Below, piece after piece: positions 30,174 through 39,603 of a stretch of 64,000 nucleotides of DNA. The notes under the pieces were generated by a model, which saw only the letters and a list, made by a program, of their open reading frames with translations, did not search any database and was not told the origin of the DNA. Source of the stretch: Chloroflexota bacterium (GTDB lineage Bacteria; Chloroflexota; Anaerolineae; Anaerolineales; UBA4823); contig CP070764.1 of the NCBI GenBank assembly GCA_020349245.1, forward strand, positions 2,770,723 through 2,834,722, written 5' to 3'. The position numbers and the translations under genes are program-made. How positions within the stretch are numbered: position 1 is the stretch's first letter; every line of letters begins with the position of its first letter.

Positions 30174-31360
30174 AATGAAAATCTCGTCCTCCCAGGCACC
30201 TGCTTCGCATATTGCTTGGATGAGATCTCTCCAACATTCAAACCACGCTGGCGCAATTCCTGCGTGATCATCTGAGTCACCTGGGTCTTCTCCTCTAACC
30301 TGACTACGGCAGTTTCATGGGCCCGGTGCAGCAGGTAAGGGTAAGGACGCCCTCCCATCAAGCGGCATTGATCGATTAGTATCGCGTGCAAGGCATGTAT
30401 ATAATCTTCGTTTTCTGCCACCCAAGCGGGTATCTCGACACGCACCAGGTAAGGACGTCCGGTTTGCCCAACATTGAGATAAAAGAAATGCAGCCTCAGC
30501 GCTCCTCGATAGCTCTTTAACATTTGGGACTGCATGGCAAAAATCGGGGATCGTTCTCCAGCCTGGAGGATTTGCCGGTACAGCGCGATATCTGTCACAC
30601 CCCAAAGAGGATGTGAATCAGCAATTTCCGAGAGCTTCGCGTCTGGAACCATACTCACTTCTAAAGTGCGCACTACCAGATTTGCAGCGGGTTTATCGAT
30701 ATAACCTGCGGTTATCACGTTCAGGTCATATAACTGGTTTAATACTTCCAGATACTGTTTAAGACGTTCCTGAAAATCAGCCCGTACAGCGCTCTCTCCA
30801 CTCTTTGCACCCCACAATTCCATCGGTCCATCTGTGAAGGTCACGACTGGTGGAGCAGCGGTTTTCGCCAACTTTACTAGGATCTCTCGCTCCTTGATAT
30901 CCCGCAACAGGGCGACCTGGGCTTCAGTTAAAGTACCAGCAGCTGAATACAGCTGTTCGTCATAAAGCAATTCACTGGAGATTGATGTTTCCGGCGGATC
31001 GGCAGAACCAAACTTCATCTGGATCGCCCCGGTGTTTATCAGTGCAAAGTTGACCTCGGCATGGCGATCAGGCGTGATTTGTGAACCATCTGCTGCGATT
31101 AAGGTGGCTACCTCTGGAAGATTGGGAAGTGGAGAAGCAAGGGTTAAGGGTTCAGCAACCGGTAAAGCACAGCGTAAAGAAGGATCATAGCTGCGGACAA
31201 CCATCTCGACCTTTTGGCGCAGATCACTCAAGTTTTGAGCGTTTTCCACCAATATTTCAAGTGCTTGCTCGCGTTTGTTTTGCAGCTCTCCCGCCTGCTC
31301 GAGCGCGTTCTCACCCAGCAGCATCACCTGTTGGCGAATTGATTGAAAATCCAGGCTCAT
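30170..31360 (-). CDS. NurA-domain nuclease
   Basis: NurA signature blocks: IAADGSQ, FTDGPMEL, and C-terminal GRPYPYLLHRAHETAVV. The N-terminal ~80 aa are coiled-coil. It lies adjacent to HerA. Confidence 0.7.
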   Translation of the reverse strand: MSLDFQSIRQQVMLLGENALEQAGELQNKREQALEILVENAQNLSDLRQKVEMVVRSYDPSLRCALPVAEPLTLASPLPNLPEVATLIAADGSQITPDRHAEVNFALINTGAIQMKFGSADPPETSISSELLYDEQLYSAAGTLTEAQVALLRDIKEREILVKLAKTAAPPVVTFTDGPMELWGAKSGESAVRADFQERLKQYLEVLNQLYDLNVITAGYIDKPAANLVVRTLEVSMVPDAKLSEIADSHPLWGVTDIALYRQILQAGERSPIFAMQSQMLKSYRGALRLHFFYLNVGQTGRPYLVRVEIPAWVAENEDYIHALHAILIDQCRLMGGRPYPYLLHRAHETAVVRLEEKTQVTQMITQELRQRGLNVGEISSKQYAKQVPGRTRFSL

Positions 31361-31507
31361 CTCGGAATCAGCAATCCTCTTTCCTTTATTTTCTCAAAAA
31401 GAAATGATACCAGAACAATTGTTTTGTAATTGTAAAGCCTCAAGTCTCTGGACGCAAGTTAATCTTGAAAAACAGGGATATTTCCGCCGATCTACCAGTA
31501 ATGAGCT

Positions 31508-34500
31508 TTACTGTGCTTCTTCGATCAGATATAGCTGTCCTGTATCGGTAACTAGGTATAAACGGCCAGCTGCTAATCCACCCCCCAGGATCTCCCCCTG
31601 CTCATTTTCAAGGGTGATTTCCCAAATTGGCTTCTCTTCGCTTGGAGATAACGCAAAACATGCTATATCCGCCACATACCTGTTCGATTGACCGGACTGG
31701 CAGGCATAAACCGTGTAATCACGATCTACTGCTGGCACATCCCTTATCCACCATTTCGACAGCTGATTTGCACCCAAAGCCTGCCCGTTCGGAGCAAACC
31801 ACAGTACATCTCGGAAATAAGTCATCCAAACCACACCCTGCTCTGTGACCCCGATATGCTCCATACGTCCAAACTGGGAGATAACCCGCGCCTCCTCTAA
31901 TTCAGCTTTCCCGGCAACATAATGCCAGGCTCTGATAGTCCCTCCTGCAATCAAATAGTTCTTACCATCCTGACCAGAGATAAACTTGTCAACCTCGAAA
32001 TCGAAATCCATTTCCTGATCCAGGCGAACACCATCTTTCGCCCTGTATATCTCGTCGGCAAAAAATATCAGATCACCAGAACTACTCACCTGAAGAGAAG
32101 TGTAATATGAACGGGTTTCTACCCTTACCAACCACTCTGCGAGTCCCTGTGCAGAGACGGACTGGATGCTGGCTCTACCGGGCGTCCCGACAACATACAA
32201 AATAGAGCCTATCGGGTTGACCACCGGACCCGATATGGTTTTCATGCCGGGTTCGGATTGGAAATGCCAATATAATTCCCCGTCTGTTGAATATGCGGAC
32301 AAACCTCCCTCAACATCGGCGATATAAATTTCTCCCTGCTTGCCTACAGCTGGGTTACCAACCGCTTCAGTGGGTAAACTGACCTGCCATTTGATCTCAC
32401 CATCAGAGTTCAAGGCATAAAGGATACCTATCTTGGAAGCCAAGTAGAGCGTACCGTCCTGGCCAATTTCCAAACTACCGGAGAATCCATCTTCATCTGC
32501 GAATATCCGGTGGGCAGTTGGCGATCTTGGTCCCAAAGGTTCACCAGCCTTTTTGAGGACGGCTTCCTTTCCGGGCAGCATTTCCAGCCCTAAGGTCTCC
32601 CCACCCGAGCTGTCGCTTGGGTCTTTCTCACCAGGATCGCTTATTGCGTAAAGGAAACCTTCTTGCGTGGCGATGTACAACCTTCCAGGGACAAGACTCC
32701 CCCCTACTACCTCGCGACTCTCTTCCAGGAGCAATTTCCATATGGGTTCTTCGTATTCCGGAGAGAATGCCTGGCACTCTGGCAGACCATAGCCGTAATC
32801 CAGGTTTCCGCATAAGAAAATACGAGCTTGCTGATCGACAGCGATCACCTTGGTATTTCTTGTCTGATAATGAACATTCCCAAATACATTACCTGCTTTA
32901 TCCAACCAGATGAGCCGGGTATCAGTTCCGTAACCCCAACCGCGAGCAAATCCAGTATACAGCAGCCAAATTTTCTCATCCGGTGTCACTCCTACAGCGG
33001 CACTGGTACTTGAAATAACATACTTTTCATGATCCCAGGTAACGCTGTCTAGAATTTCAGCAGAGGGGGATTTGTCATCCCAACGGATGATCTCATGAGA
33101 AGCGACCAAGTAGCTGTTTCCATCTGCACCGGAGAAATAATTATCCGTTTTCGGATGGTCCTGTAAATACAATGTTTCCCCGTTAGCCGCATCCAGAACA
33201 ATTCCCCCTCGAAAGATCATCCTTGCGTCCGCAGATAACTGAAGCACCTCTATCGGTGACACACTTCCTGGCGGCTGCACCCGCCACAACCCGCTGCCCT
33301 CGTGAGAAACGGCTTGTATCTTCAATCCCTGCGCGTAATAAAGGACACCCGCTGGACTCACAATTGGACCAGTTGTGGCAATCAGACCGCTTTCCACAGT
33401 AAAATGCCATTCGACTTCCCCTTGAGGTGAGATGGCTGAAAGCCCACCCAAGCCATCTGAGACGTAAATCGTCCCCTCCGGACTGAGGCCAGGCGTACCC
33501 ACAGGTTTTGCGGGAAGGTCAATCTGCCAGGTTACATTCCCTTTCTGTTCGAGAGCATACAGGACACCTGCGTTTGAGGCGATATACAGCCCGCCATCAG
33601 CAGCCACAACTGGGCCACCGGAAAAACCCGAAGGATCTTTGAAGGTCCAGGCTATTTGGGCATTTCTTGGGCCCACTACCTGACTCCACTGGGTACCAAA
33701 TGGATCGTGCTGGGAGGAAACCCAATAATGCTCTTGGGGAAACGCCGATTGCAGATTATTCTCATCAAATGTAAACCCGCTCTGCAAACGCCAAAGGATC
33801 AAAATGACGGTAAGCAGGACAAGCACCAGGCTAGCGGAAAACGCTCTGTTACGTGGTCGCTTGAAAAATTCTCCTAGCGGCCAACCAAGATTCTGGTCTA
33901 TCCAAAATCGAAATCTTGAGCTCCAGCCAGTGATCAGGATTGGCCGAATCCCCTGCTGGCTGGATTGTTGCCGCAGTCCTTCTCCCAGCAAGTTGAATCC
34001 TAAGACCATGCAAAAAACACAAGCGCCGATTACGATCAGCGGCCAAGGTCTGAGAAGGCTTGCCTCCGTGGTCGCCAGCATTTGTCCCAATTCAGGCATC
34101 CCGCTGACAGCTGCTGCGGTCGCATCAGTGACTTGCACCCAAATATCCCCCCCGATATAGTAGCCAAGGAAACCCAGTGCAGCCACCACTAATAGCGTGC
34201 TGCTGATCTCGAACGCAAATAACATCCAGAGCAATGAAGTGACCTGGCGAAGAACATGCCAACGCAGGATCTGAGAGTTAGTACCGCCAAGGCTGCGGGC
34301 GGCCTCAATAAACGCCTGTCCGCGAACAACTTGAGTCTGCTCGCGAACCACACGCGCAGTTTCAACCCAACCAGTCAGCGACAGCGCAAAGACAAATGCC
34401 CATATTCCCAGATCTACCCCCACTGCCGCAATTCCCCCCAAGGCAACAATAATGACGGGAATTGAGATAGCTGCAGCAATGATACCGTCAAACATGCGTC

Positions 34501-35266
34501 CCGGCCATGCAGTTGACCAACCAGCGATCAAACCAATGAATGTGCCCAAAGCAAGACGCACGCCTGCCACGATGATCACCAGGATCATCGTTGGCCGGAT
34601 CCCCCATAATATGCGGCTAAGAAGGTCCCGCCCTTCTCCATCCGAGCCAAGCGGATACCCAGGAGTGAACATGGGATACGGGGCGGCAAAGTATTTATCA
34701 CCAGCCTTGATGATTACACTTTGTTCAAGCGGATCTCTCGGTGCCAGAAAAGGTCCGCTGATCGCAAACAAGGCGACCAGGATGACCAGCAATCCCCCGA
34801 CGATTATTGACCAATTTCGGGGCCCCTTTTGAGATAAAGTGTCGGGGCGATCTAAACGGGGTAAAGTTAGTGTTCCTTTACCCCGCTTAGCCACTTCACC
34901 TCTCTCATCGCCAGGAATAGTTGCAGCTGAAGCTGACCCATCATCCAGAGAAGGAAATTCTTTCGTTGAAGATTTAATTAATGGACTCTCTTTGGTTTTG
35001 AGGCGCTTCAATGCCTTCATCGCAGATTGATTATCAGGGTCAAGCAGAATCACTCTTTCAAGACAATCGATCGTTTGTTCTTTGCGATCAACCGCCTGCG
35101 CAAGCAGCAACCAGGCTTCCTCGCTGTGCGAATCTTGTAGAAGGACCTCCTTCAAATAGCGGCGTGCCTGTACTCTTTCACCCCTTTCAATTGCTTCCTG
35201 TGCTTTTTCGATAAGCGGTAAAATCACTGCTTTACCCACGCAATCGAGGATCAAATACTCGCACAA
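31508..35266 (-). CDS. Fusion protein: TPR repeats + OppC/DppC-type ABC permease + extra TM + duplicated PQQ/BamB-like beta-propeller (1252 aa)
   Basis: The N-terminus is TPR-like (EAWLLLAQAV...). An OppC_N-like segment (FLAPRDPLEQ) is followed by six TM helices with the EAA-type loop (IEAARSLGGTNSQILRWHVLR). Then comes an additional TM, followed by two ~350-aa modules with repeats such as DGGLYIASNAGVLYAL and DGTLYLASKIGILYAL. The start may instead be GTG at 35227. Confidence 0.8.
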   Translation of the reverse strand: MCEYLILDCVGKAVILPLIEKAQEAIERGERVQARRYLKEVLLQDSHSEEAWLLLAQAVDRKEQTIDCLERVILLDPDNQSAMKALKRLKTKESPLIKSSTKEFPSLDDGSASAATIPGDERGEVAKRGKGTLTLPRLDRPDTLSQKGPRNWSIIVGGLLVILVALFAISGPFLAPRDPLEQSVIIKAGDKYFAAPYPMFTPGYPLGSDGEGRDLLSRILWGIRPTMILVIIVAGVRLALGTFIGLIAGWSTAWPGRMFDGIIAAAISIPVIIVALGGIAAVGVDLGIWAFVFALSLTGWVETARVVREQTQVVRGQAFIEAARSLGGTNSQILRWHVLRQVTSLLWMLFAFEISSTLLVVAALGFLGYYIGGDIWVQVTDATAAAVSGMPELGQMLATTEASLLRPWPLIVIGACVFCMVLGFNLLGEGLRQQSSQQGIRPILITGWSSRFRFWIDQNLGWPLGEFFKRPRNRAFSASLVLVLLTVILILWRLQSGFTFDENNLQSAFPQEHYWVSSQHDPFGTQWSQVVGPRNAQIAWTFKDPSGFSGGPVVAADGGLYIASNAGVLYALEQKGNVTWQIDLPAKPVGTPGLSPEGTIYVSDGLGGLSAISPQGEVEWHFTVESGLIATTGPIVSPAGVLYYAQGLKIQAVSHEGSGLWRVQPPGSVSPIEVLQLSADARMIFRGGIVLDAANGETLYLQDHPKTDNYFSGADGNSYLVASHEIIRWDDKSPSAEILDSVTWDHEKYVISSTSAAVGVTPDEKIWLLYTGFARGWGYGTDTRLIWLDKAGNVFGNVHYQTRNTKVIAVDQQARIFLCGNLDYGYGLPECQAFSPEYEEPIWKLLLEESREVVGGSLVPGRLYIATQEGFLYAISDPGEKDPSDSSGGETLGLEMLPGKEAVLKKAGEPLGPRSPTAHRIFADEDGFSGSLEIGQDGTLYLASKIGILYALNSDGEIKWQVSLPTEAVGNPAVGKQGEIYIADVEGGLSAYSTDGELYWHFQSEPGMKTISGPVVNPIGSILYVVGTPGRASIQSVSAQGLAEWLVRVETRSYYTSLQVSSSGDLIFFADEIYRAKDGVRLDQEMDFDFEVDKFISGQDGKNYLIAGGTIRAWHYVAGKAELEEARVISQFGRMEHIGVTEQGVVWMTYFRDVLWFAPNGQALGANQLSKWWIRDVPAVDRDYTVYACQSGQSNRYVADIACFALSPSEEKPIWEITLENEQGEILGGGLAAGRLYLVTDTGQLYLIEEAQ

Positions 35267-36197
35267 AAATCGAAGCCGATAGATCAGTCAAAATAAACAA
35301 GACGGCAAATACGGTTAGAATGGCTGCCACAACAGGCGGGTCCAAGAATAAATTGCGCTCAAGTAACCCCCGAGTTGAAATTAATCCCGAAGGGATCAAA
35401 GTTTGGGCAAGCAAGTTTCCCAATCCCGGCCAGCGGAAGAGCCATTCCACGATGATCAATTCACCTACCAGGATGCGTACCGATGCAGCTATGGTTAATG
35501 CAACCGGGACGAGAATATTTCGGAAAACATCTCGTCGGCGGATAATTCGCCAGGTTTGGCCCAAACTGCGGGCTGCAACCACGTATTGTTTATTGAACTC
35601 GTCCGTCAGCAATCCCGCGATGACGTGGGCGAGCTGAACCGCAGGCCTGACCATTAATACCAGGACTGGAACCACAAGATGGCTATCCCATCCAAACCCG
35701 GATAGGGGAACAGGCATAACGCCTGGACCACCCCAAATCGTAAAAATAAACCAAAATGCGAAGAACAAACCCCCAATGAAAAAGGTCGGCATCGCCAATC
35801 CGGCTGTTGAAAGAGATGTCAACCACCGGGCAACTGAAGGGGGCTCGGAATTAGCAGCTCGAAATCCCAGCAGTGTTCCGATAATCACGCTCAAGAGTAA
35901 TGCAATAGAGAGTAATCCCAGGCTTGCCAGACTGGCGCTTGCGATTGCCTGGCCAATGGGTATTTCCCCGCGCAAACCCCATGGATCGATCATAGTGCCG
36001 AAATTAAATTGAGCTACCCCGCGCAGATATTCAAGATAGTTGGGAAGTAAAGGCCCGGTATCTACAGTGGCAGCCACGTATGGATTTCGAAACGCACGCA
36101 GTGGTTTCACAAGGTGCGCGTATGCATACCCCATGAAATTGATTAACAAGAGAGCAGGAGGGATGATCGCCAAGCGAAGCAGGAAAAACCGGATCAC
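35232..36197 (-). CDS. OppB/DppB-type ABC transporter permease
   Basis: 321 aa and 6 TM helices. It has the typical N-terminus MIRFFLLRLAIIPP and the conserved loop VVAARSLGQTWRIIRRRDVFRN. Confidence 0.88.
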   Translation of the reverse strand: MIRFFLLRLAIIPPALLLINFMGYAYAHLVKPLRAFRNPYVAATVDTGPLLPNYLEYLRGVAQFNFGTMIDPWGLRGEIPIGQAIASASLASLGLLSIALLLSVIIGTLLGFRAANSEPPSVARWLTSLSTAGLAMPTFFIGGLFFAFWFIFTIWGGPGVMPVPLSGFGWDSHLVVPVLVLMVRPAVQLAHVIAGLLTDEFNKQYVVAARSLGQTWRIIRRRDVFRNILVPVALTIAASVRILVGELIIVEWLFRWPGLGNLLAQTLIPSGLISTRGLLERNLFLDPPVVAAILTVFAVLFILTDLSASIFVRVFDPRLRG

Positions 36198-36262
36198 AAG
36201 TAACCTGCCTTAATGATCCCCGCTTCAATCAGGCAAACAATTGGGTCCATCTACTTACCATT

Positions 36263-37639
36263 CTATGATCGTACGATTGGAGAGGTAAAGGAAACCTTGG
36301 TGCCCACATTCACCTGGCTGTCAATTCCCACATGCCCGCCCTGGGCTTCAACCAATTGCTTGACAATTGCCAATCCAAGACCGGCTCCTCCCGTTGACCT
36401 GGCTCGAGACTGGTCAGCTCGATAAAAACGCTCAAATACATTCGGTAAGTGTTCTGCTGAAATGCCCATACCATTATCCTGAACACTTACCTCAACCTGC
36501 GAATCGATAGTACGGGCACAGATTTTGATCTCGCCACCTGAGGGAGTATTAGTGATGGCATTCTTTAAGAGGTTCCTGAGCACCTGTCCCATCCGTTCTG
36601 CGTCTGCTTCCACCAATGGCAAATCTTCCGGCAGGTGAGATTCGACCTTGACCCCCTTTTCATCTGCCTGGGCTTTGAGAGATAGGACGGCTTTATCAGC
36701 TAGCAATTTCATATCTACAGGCTGGCTAACCAGCTTCAGTTGTCCAGCTTCTGCCATGGCAAGCTCTTGGAGATCGTCAACCAGCCGGTTGAGAAGCATC
36801 GCTTCCTCATGAACGGAAGCGATTGTCTCTGGAGATGGTTCAACAACACCGTCGCGCAATGCTTCCAAGTAACCTCTCACATTGGAGAGCGGTGTCCGCA
36901 GTTCATGGGCAACATCAGTGACCATATTCTGACGCAGCTGCTCCAGGCGGGTCAAACCTTCCGCCATCGCGTTGAAAGCATTGGCCAGTTCGCCCAGCTC
37001 TCCTTTTGTCCTGACCGTCACCCGCTGACTGAGATCGCCTTTTTCCATCGCTCTTGCGGCAGAAATCAATTCATCCACTGGACGCAGGATGCTTCGTGAG
37101 AGGAAGAAGGTTAGCAACAGACCGACCATTCCAGCCACAGCGATCGCCACCAGAAGCGAACGGTTAACTGAGGAATTAAATTGCGATTCTATGGTGGCCA
37201 AGCTGTAATCTTCTACCGGTACGATATACGCCAGGACAGGTGTCTTCTCGATTAGAAAGGCGGCAAATGGTTTTGAAAGCGAAGTATTGATTTTCTCTCC
37301 AATCAAGGTCCCTGCAGAATCTACAATCACCCTGCCATCTAAATCAGCGATGACATACCTAGCGCGAGAAGTGCGCTCCATACCTTCCAGCACTCCCTGC
37401 ATATCCTGCCAAATCCCCCGCTCACCGCCGCGAGTAACCAGAAGCTTGTTGATCGTATTAATCTTGTTATCAATATTGAGGCTGGGATAGTCTAGAATAC
37501 CTTCTAAAGAGTCTTTAAACTGGCTAGATGTCGATTGGCTGGCAAGAATCGCTATCGTGCCAATCGCCACGACCAGGACTGCAATTGTGATCAGTAATAA
37601 TCGGAACCGCAAACTGTTAAACATTGAGACCATCTTCAA
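36263..37639 (-). CDS. Sensor histidine kinase (TM, extracytoplasmic domain, HAMP, HisKA, HATPase_c)
   Basis: H-box VAHELRTPLS, N-box LLKNAITNTP, G1 DNGMGI, G2 GAGLGLAIV. Alternative starts lie at 37633 and 37624, overlapping the regulator stop. Confidence 0.9.
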   Translation of the reverse strand: MKMVSMFNSLRFRLLLITIAVLVVAIGTIAILASQSTSSQFKDSLEGILDYPSLNIDNKINTINKLLVTRGGERGIWQDMQGVLEGMERTSRARYVIADLDGRVIVDSAGTLIGEKINTSLSKPFAAFLIEKTPVLAYIVPVEDYSLATIESQFNSSVNRSLLVAIAVAGMVGLLLTFFLSRSILRPVDELISAARAMEKGDLSQRVTVRTKGELGELANAFNAMAEGLTRLEQLRQNMVTDVAHELRTPLSNVRGYLEALRDGVVEPSPETIASVHEEAMLLNRLVDDLQELAMAEAGQLKLVSQPVDMKLLADKAVLSLKAQADEKGVKVESHLPEDLPLVEADAERMGQVLRNLLKNAITNTPSGGEIKICARTIDSQVEVSVQDNGMGISAEHLPNVFERFYRADQSRARSTGGAGLGLAIVKQLVEAQGGHVGIDSQVNVGTKVSFTSPIVRS

Positions 37640-38312
37640 ACTTATAACCCACCCCGTAGATAGTTTGGATATAACGAGGTTGGCTGGGGTCTGATTCGAT
37701 TTTCTTGCGCAGATTCATCACATGCACATCGACAGTTCGCTCAAAGCCTTGGTAATCAAATCCAAATACTAATTCCAACAGCTCTAACCGGGAAAAAACC
37801 CGCCCGGGTTGCTTGATCAAAATCTCTAATAATGTGAACTCCTTGGGTGTCAGATGCACCACGTCACCATCCACCCGGGCTTCATGGCGCACAAAATCCA
37901 CCTCCAGATCACCGTACAAAATTCGTTTCGGGCCGGATTTCTCTTCTGCTATCCCCCGTCGCAAAACCGCTCTCACCCTGGCCACTAGTTCACGGGGACT
38001 GAACGGCTTGGTAACATAATCGTCCGCTCCTAAATCCAATCCGATCAATTTATCATCTTCGGTTGTTTTTGCAGTCAGCATGATGATAGGAACGTCAGAT
38101 TCAGATCTCAGCACTCGGCATACATCCAGCCCATCAATTTTGGGGAGCATCAAATCCAAAATAATCAATCCTGGACGTCTATTGCGAGCGATGTCGATTG
38201 CTCCATAGCCATCATAGGCCACCAATACTTTGTAACCATCTTTTTCCAAGTATAGGCGGATCAAATCGACAGTCTTTCTATCATCGTCGACGACCAATAT
38301 TGTTGGCTTCAT
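37617..38312 (-). CDS. OmpR-family response regulator
   Basis: ILVVDDD, LIILDLMLPKIDG, LTAK, and winged helix YGVGYKF. Confidence 0.92.
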   Translation of the reverse strand: MKPTILVVDDDRKTVDLIRLYLEKDGYKVLVAYDGYGAIDIARNRRPGLIILDLMLPKIDGLDVCRVLRSESDVPIIMLTAKTTEDDKLIGLDLGADDYVTKPFSPRELVARVRAVLRRGIAEEKSGPKRILYGDLEVDFVRHEARVDGDVVHLTPKEFTLLEILIKQPGRVFSRLELLELVFGFDYQGFERTVDVHVMNLRKKIESDPSQPRYIQTIYGVGYKFEDGLNV

Positions 38313-38483
38313 AATAATTAATCAGATGTATGTTCCATGCGCCATTCTCAACCTTGAATGCACGCGATTCAGTATAACAAAAAGATATAAAGATTTGATA
38401 AAGAAAATGTTGAGGAGAATCTTGCCAGGAGGGTGATTTTCTCTGGTAGGATAGTGTAAAATGGGTAAATTACTCGGAATAAA

Positions 38484-39470
38484 ATGAGTGCTATCACCAA
38501 ACCCTTAACTGCAGCTCCCGATCAATTGCGCCAGTTTAATGTTCGCAAAGATTTGAACGCCGTCGCAGACTTAGTGGAGACTTGTTTTGCAGACACCTTG
38601 GATGAAGATGGTCGTCGCTATGTTGACCAGATGCATGCCGCTGCCCGCAATCCCAGCTATCTGCGCTGGGCTATGGCTGTTGCAGAAAACGTCCCCATGC
38701 CCTTCAGCGGCTATGTCTGGGAAGAGAATGGCTATATCGCCGGCAATCTGAGCTTGATCCCCTATAACTACCAGGGTAAGCGCTGCTACTTGATCGCTAA
38801 TGTAGCTGTCGATCCAGCTTACCGGAGGAGGGGAATCGCTAAAGCTTTGACCCAAAAAGCGATCAGACATGCCCAAATGCGGGGAATTGATGAAATTTGG
38901 TTGCACGTTCGCAGCGAGAATTCAGCAGCGATGAATCTATACCAGTCGCTTGGTTTTGTAGAGCGCGCCCAGAGAACAACCTGGGAGATCAAACCGAGGG
39001 CACATAAGCGAGATCTTCCCAACAATAATGCCGAGGTAACTGGCATAAAAATAACACAACCCAGCAGACGATATTGGGAGCGATACCGTGAATGGCTGCA
39101 GCTGATCTATCCTCCCGAATTGACCTGGCACCAGCCATTTCAAGTGACCGCGTTGCGACCAGGCTGGACGGGGGGGATTTACCGCTTTATCACGGGTAAC
39201 CACATTCGACAGTGGGCTGCTAAGCAAGGACCGAACCATATTGGCCTGTTGACCTGGCAGCTGCGGAGCAGGCACGCCGACCATTTATGGCTGGCATCCG
39301 CTCCTGAGAACGAATCACGCGTGATCACCGCCTTGATGCCTGTCGCCCTTGAGCAGCTCAATAACCGCCGCCGCATCTTGTTGGATTACCCTGCGGGGCG
39401 TGCGATATTAGCCCTCCATGATCAGGGATTCCGCATCCAGCAGACCCTGGTGTGGATGCGCTTAACTTGA
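38484..39470 (+). CDS. GNAT-family N-acetyltransferase with a C-terminal extension
   Basis: Acetyl-CoA binding motif VAVDPAYRRRGIAKALTQKAI plus NSAAMNLYQSLGF. 328 aa. Confidence 0.8.
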   Translation: MSAITKPLTAAPDQLRQFNVRKDLNAVADLVETCFADTLDEDGRRYVDQMHAAARNPSYLRWAMAVAENVPMPFSGYVWEENGYIAGNLSLIPYNYQGKRCYLIANVAVDPAYRRRGIAKALTQKAIRHAQMRGIDEIWLHVRSENSAAMNLYQSLGFVERAQRTTWEIKPRAHKRDLPNNNAEVTGIKITQPSRRYWERYREWLQLIYPPELTWHQPFQVTALRPGWTGGIYRFITGNHIRQWAAKQGPNHIGLLTWQLRSRHADHLWLASAPENESRVITALMPVALEQLNNRRRILLDYPAGRAILALHDQGFRIQQTLVWMRLT

Positions 39471-39603
39471 ACGATCACCAAGGAAGGTAATCATCCCTTC
39501 AGCAGCTGAAACTTTCCACCCGACGACCGCCATCCCTAAAAATGAATCGCACAAATCACAATGGGATCTGACTCCTGAAGAAGCTAGGCAGATCCAAGAG
39601 AGG

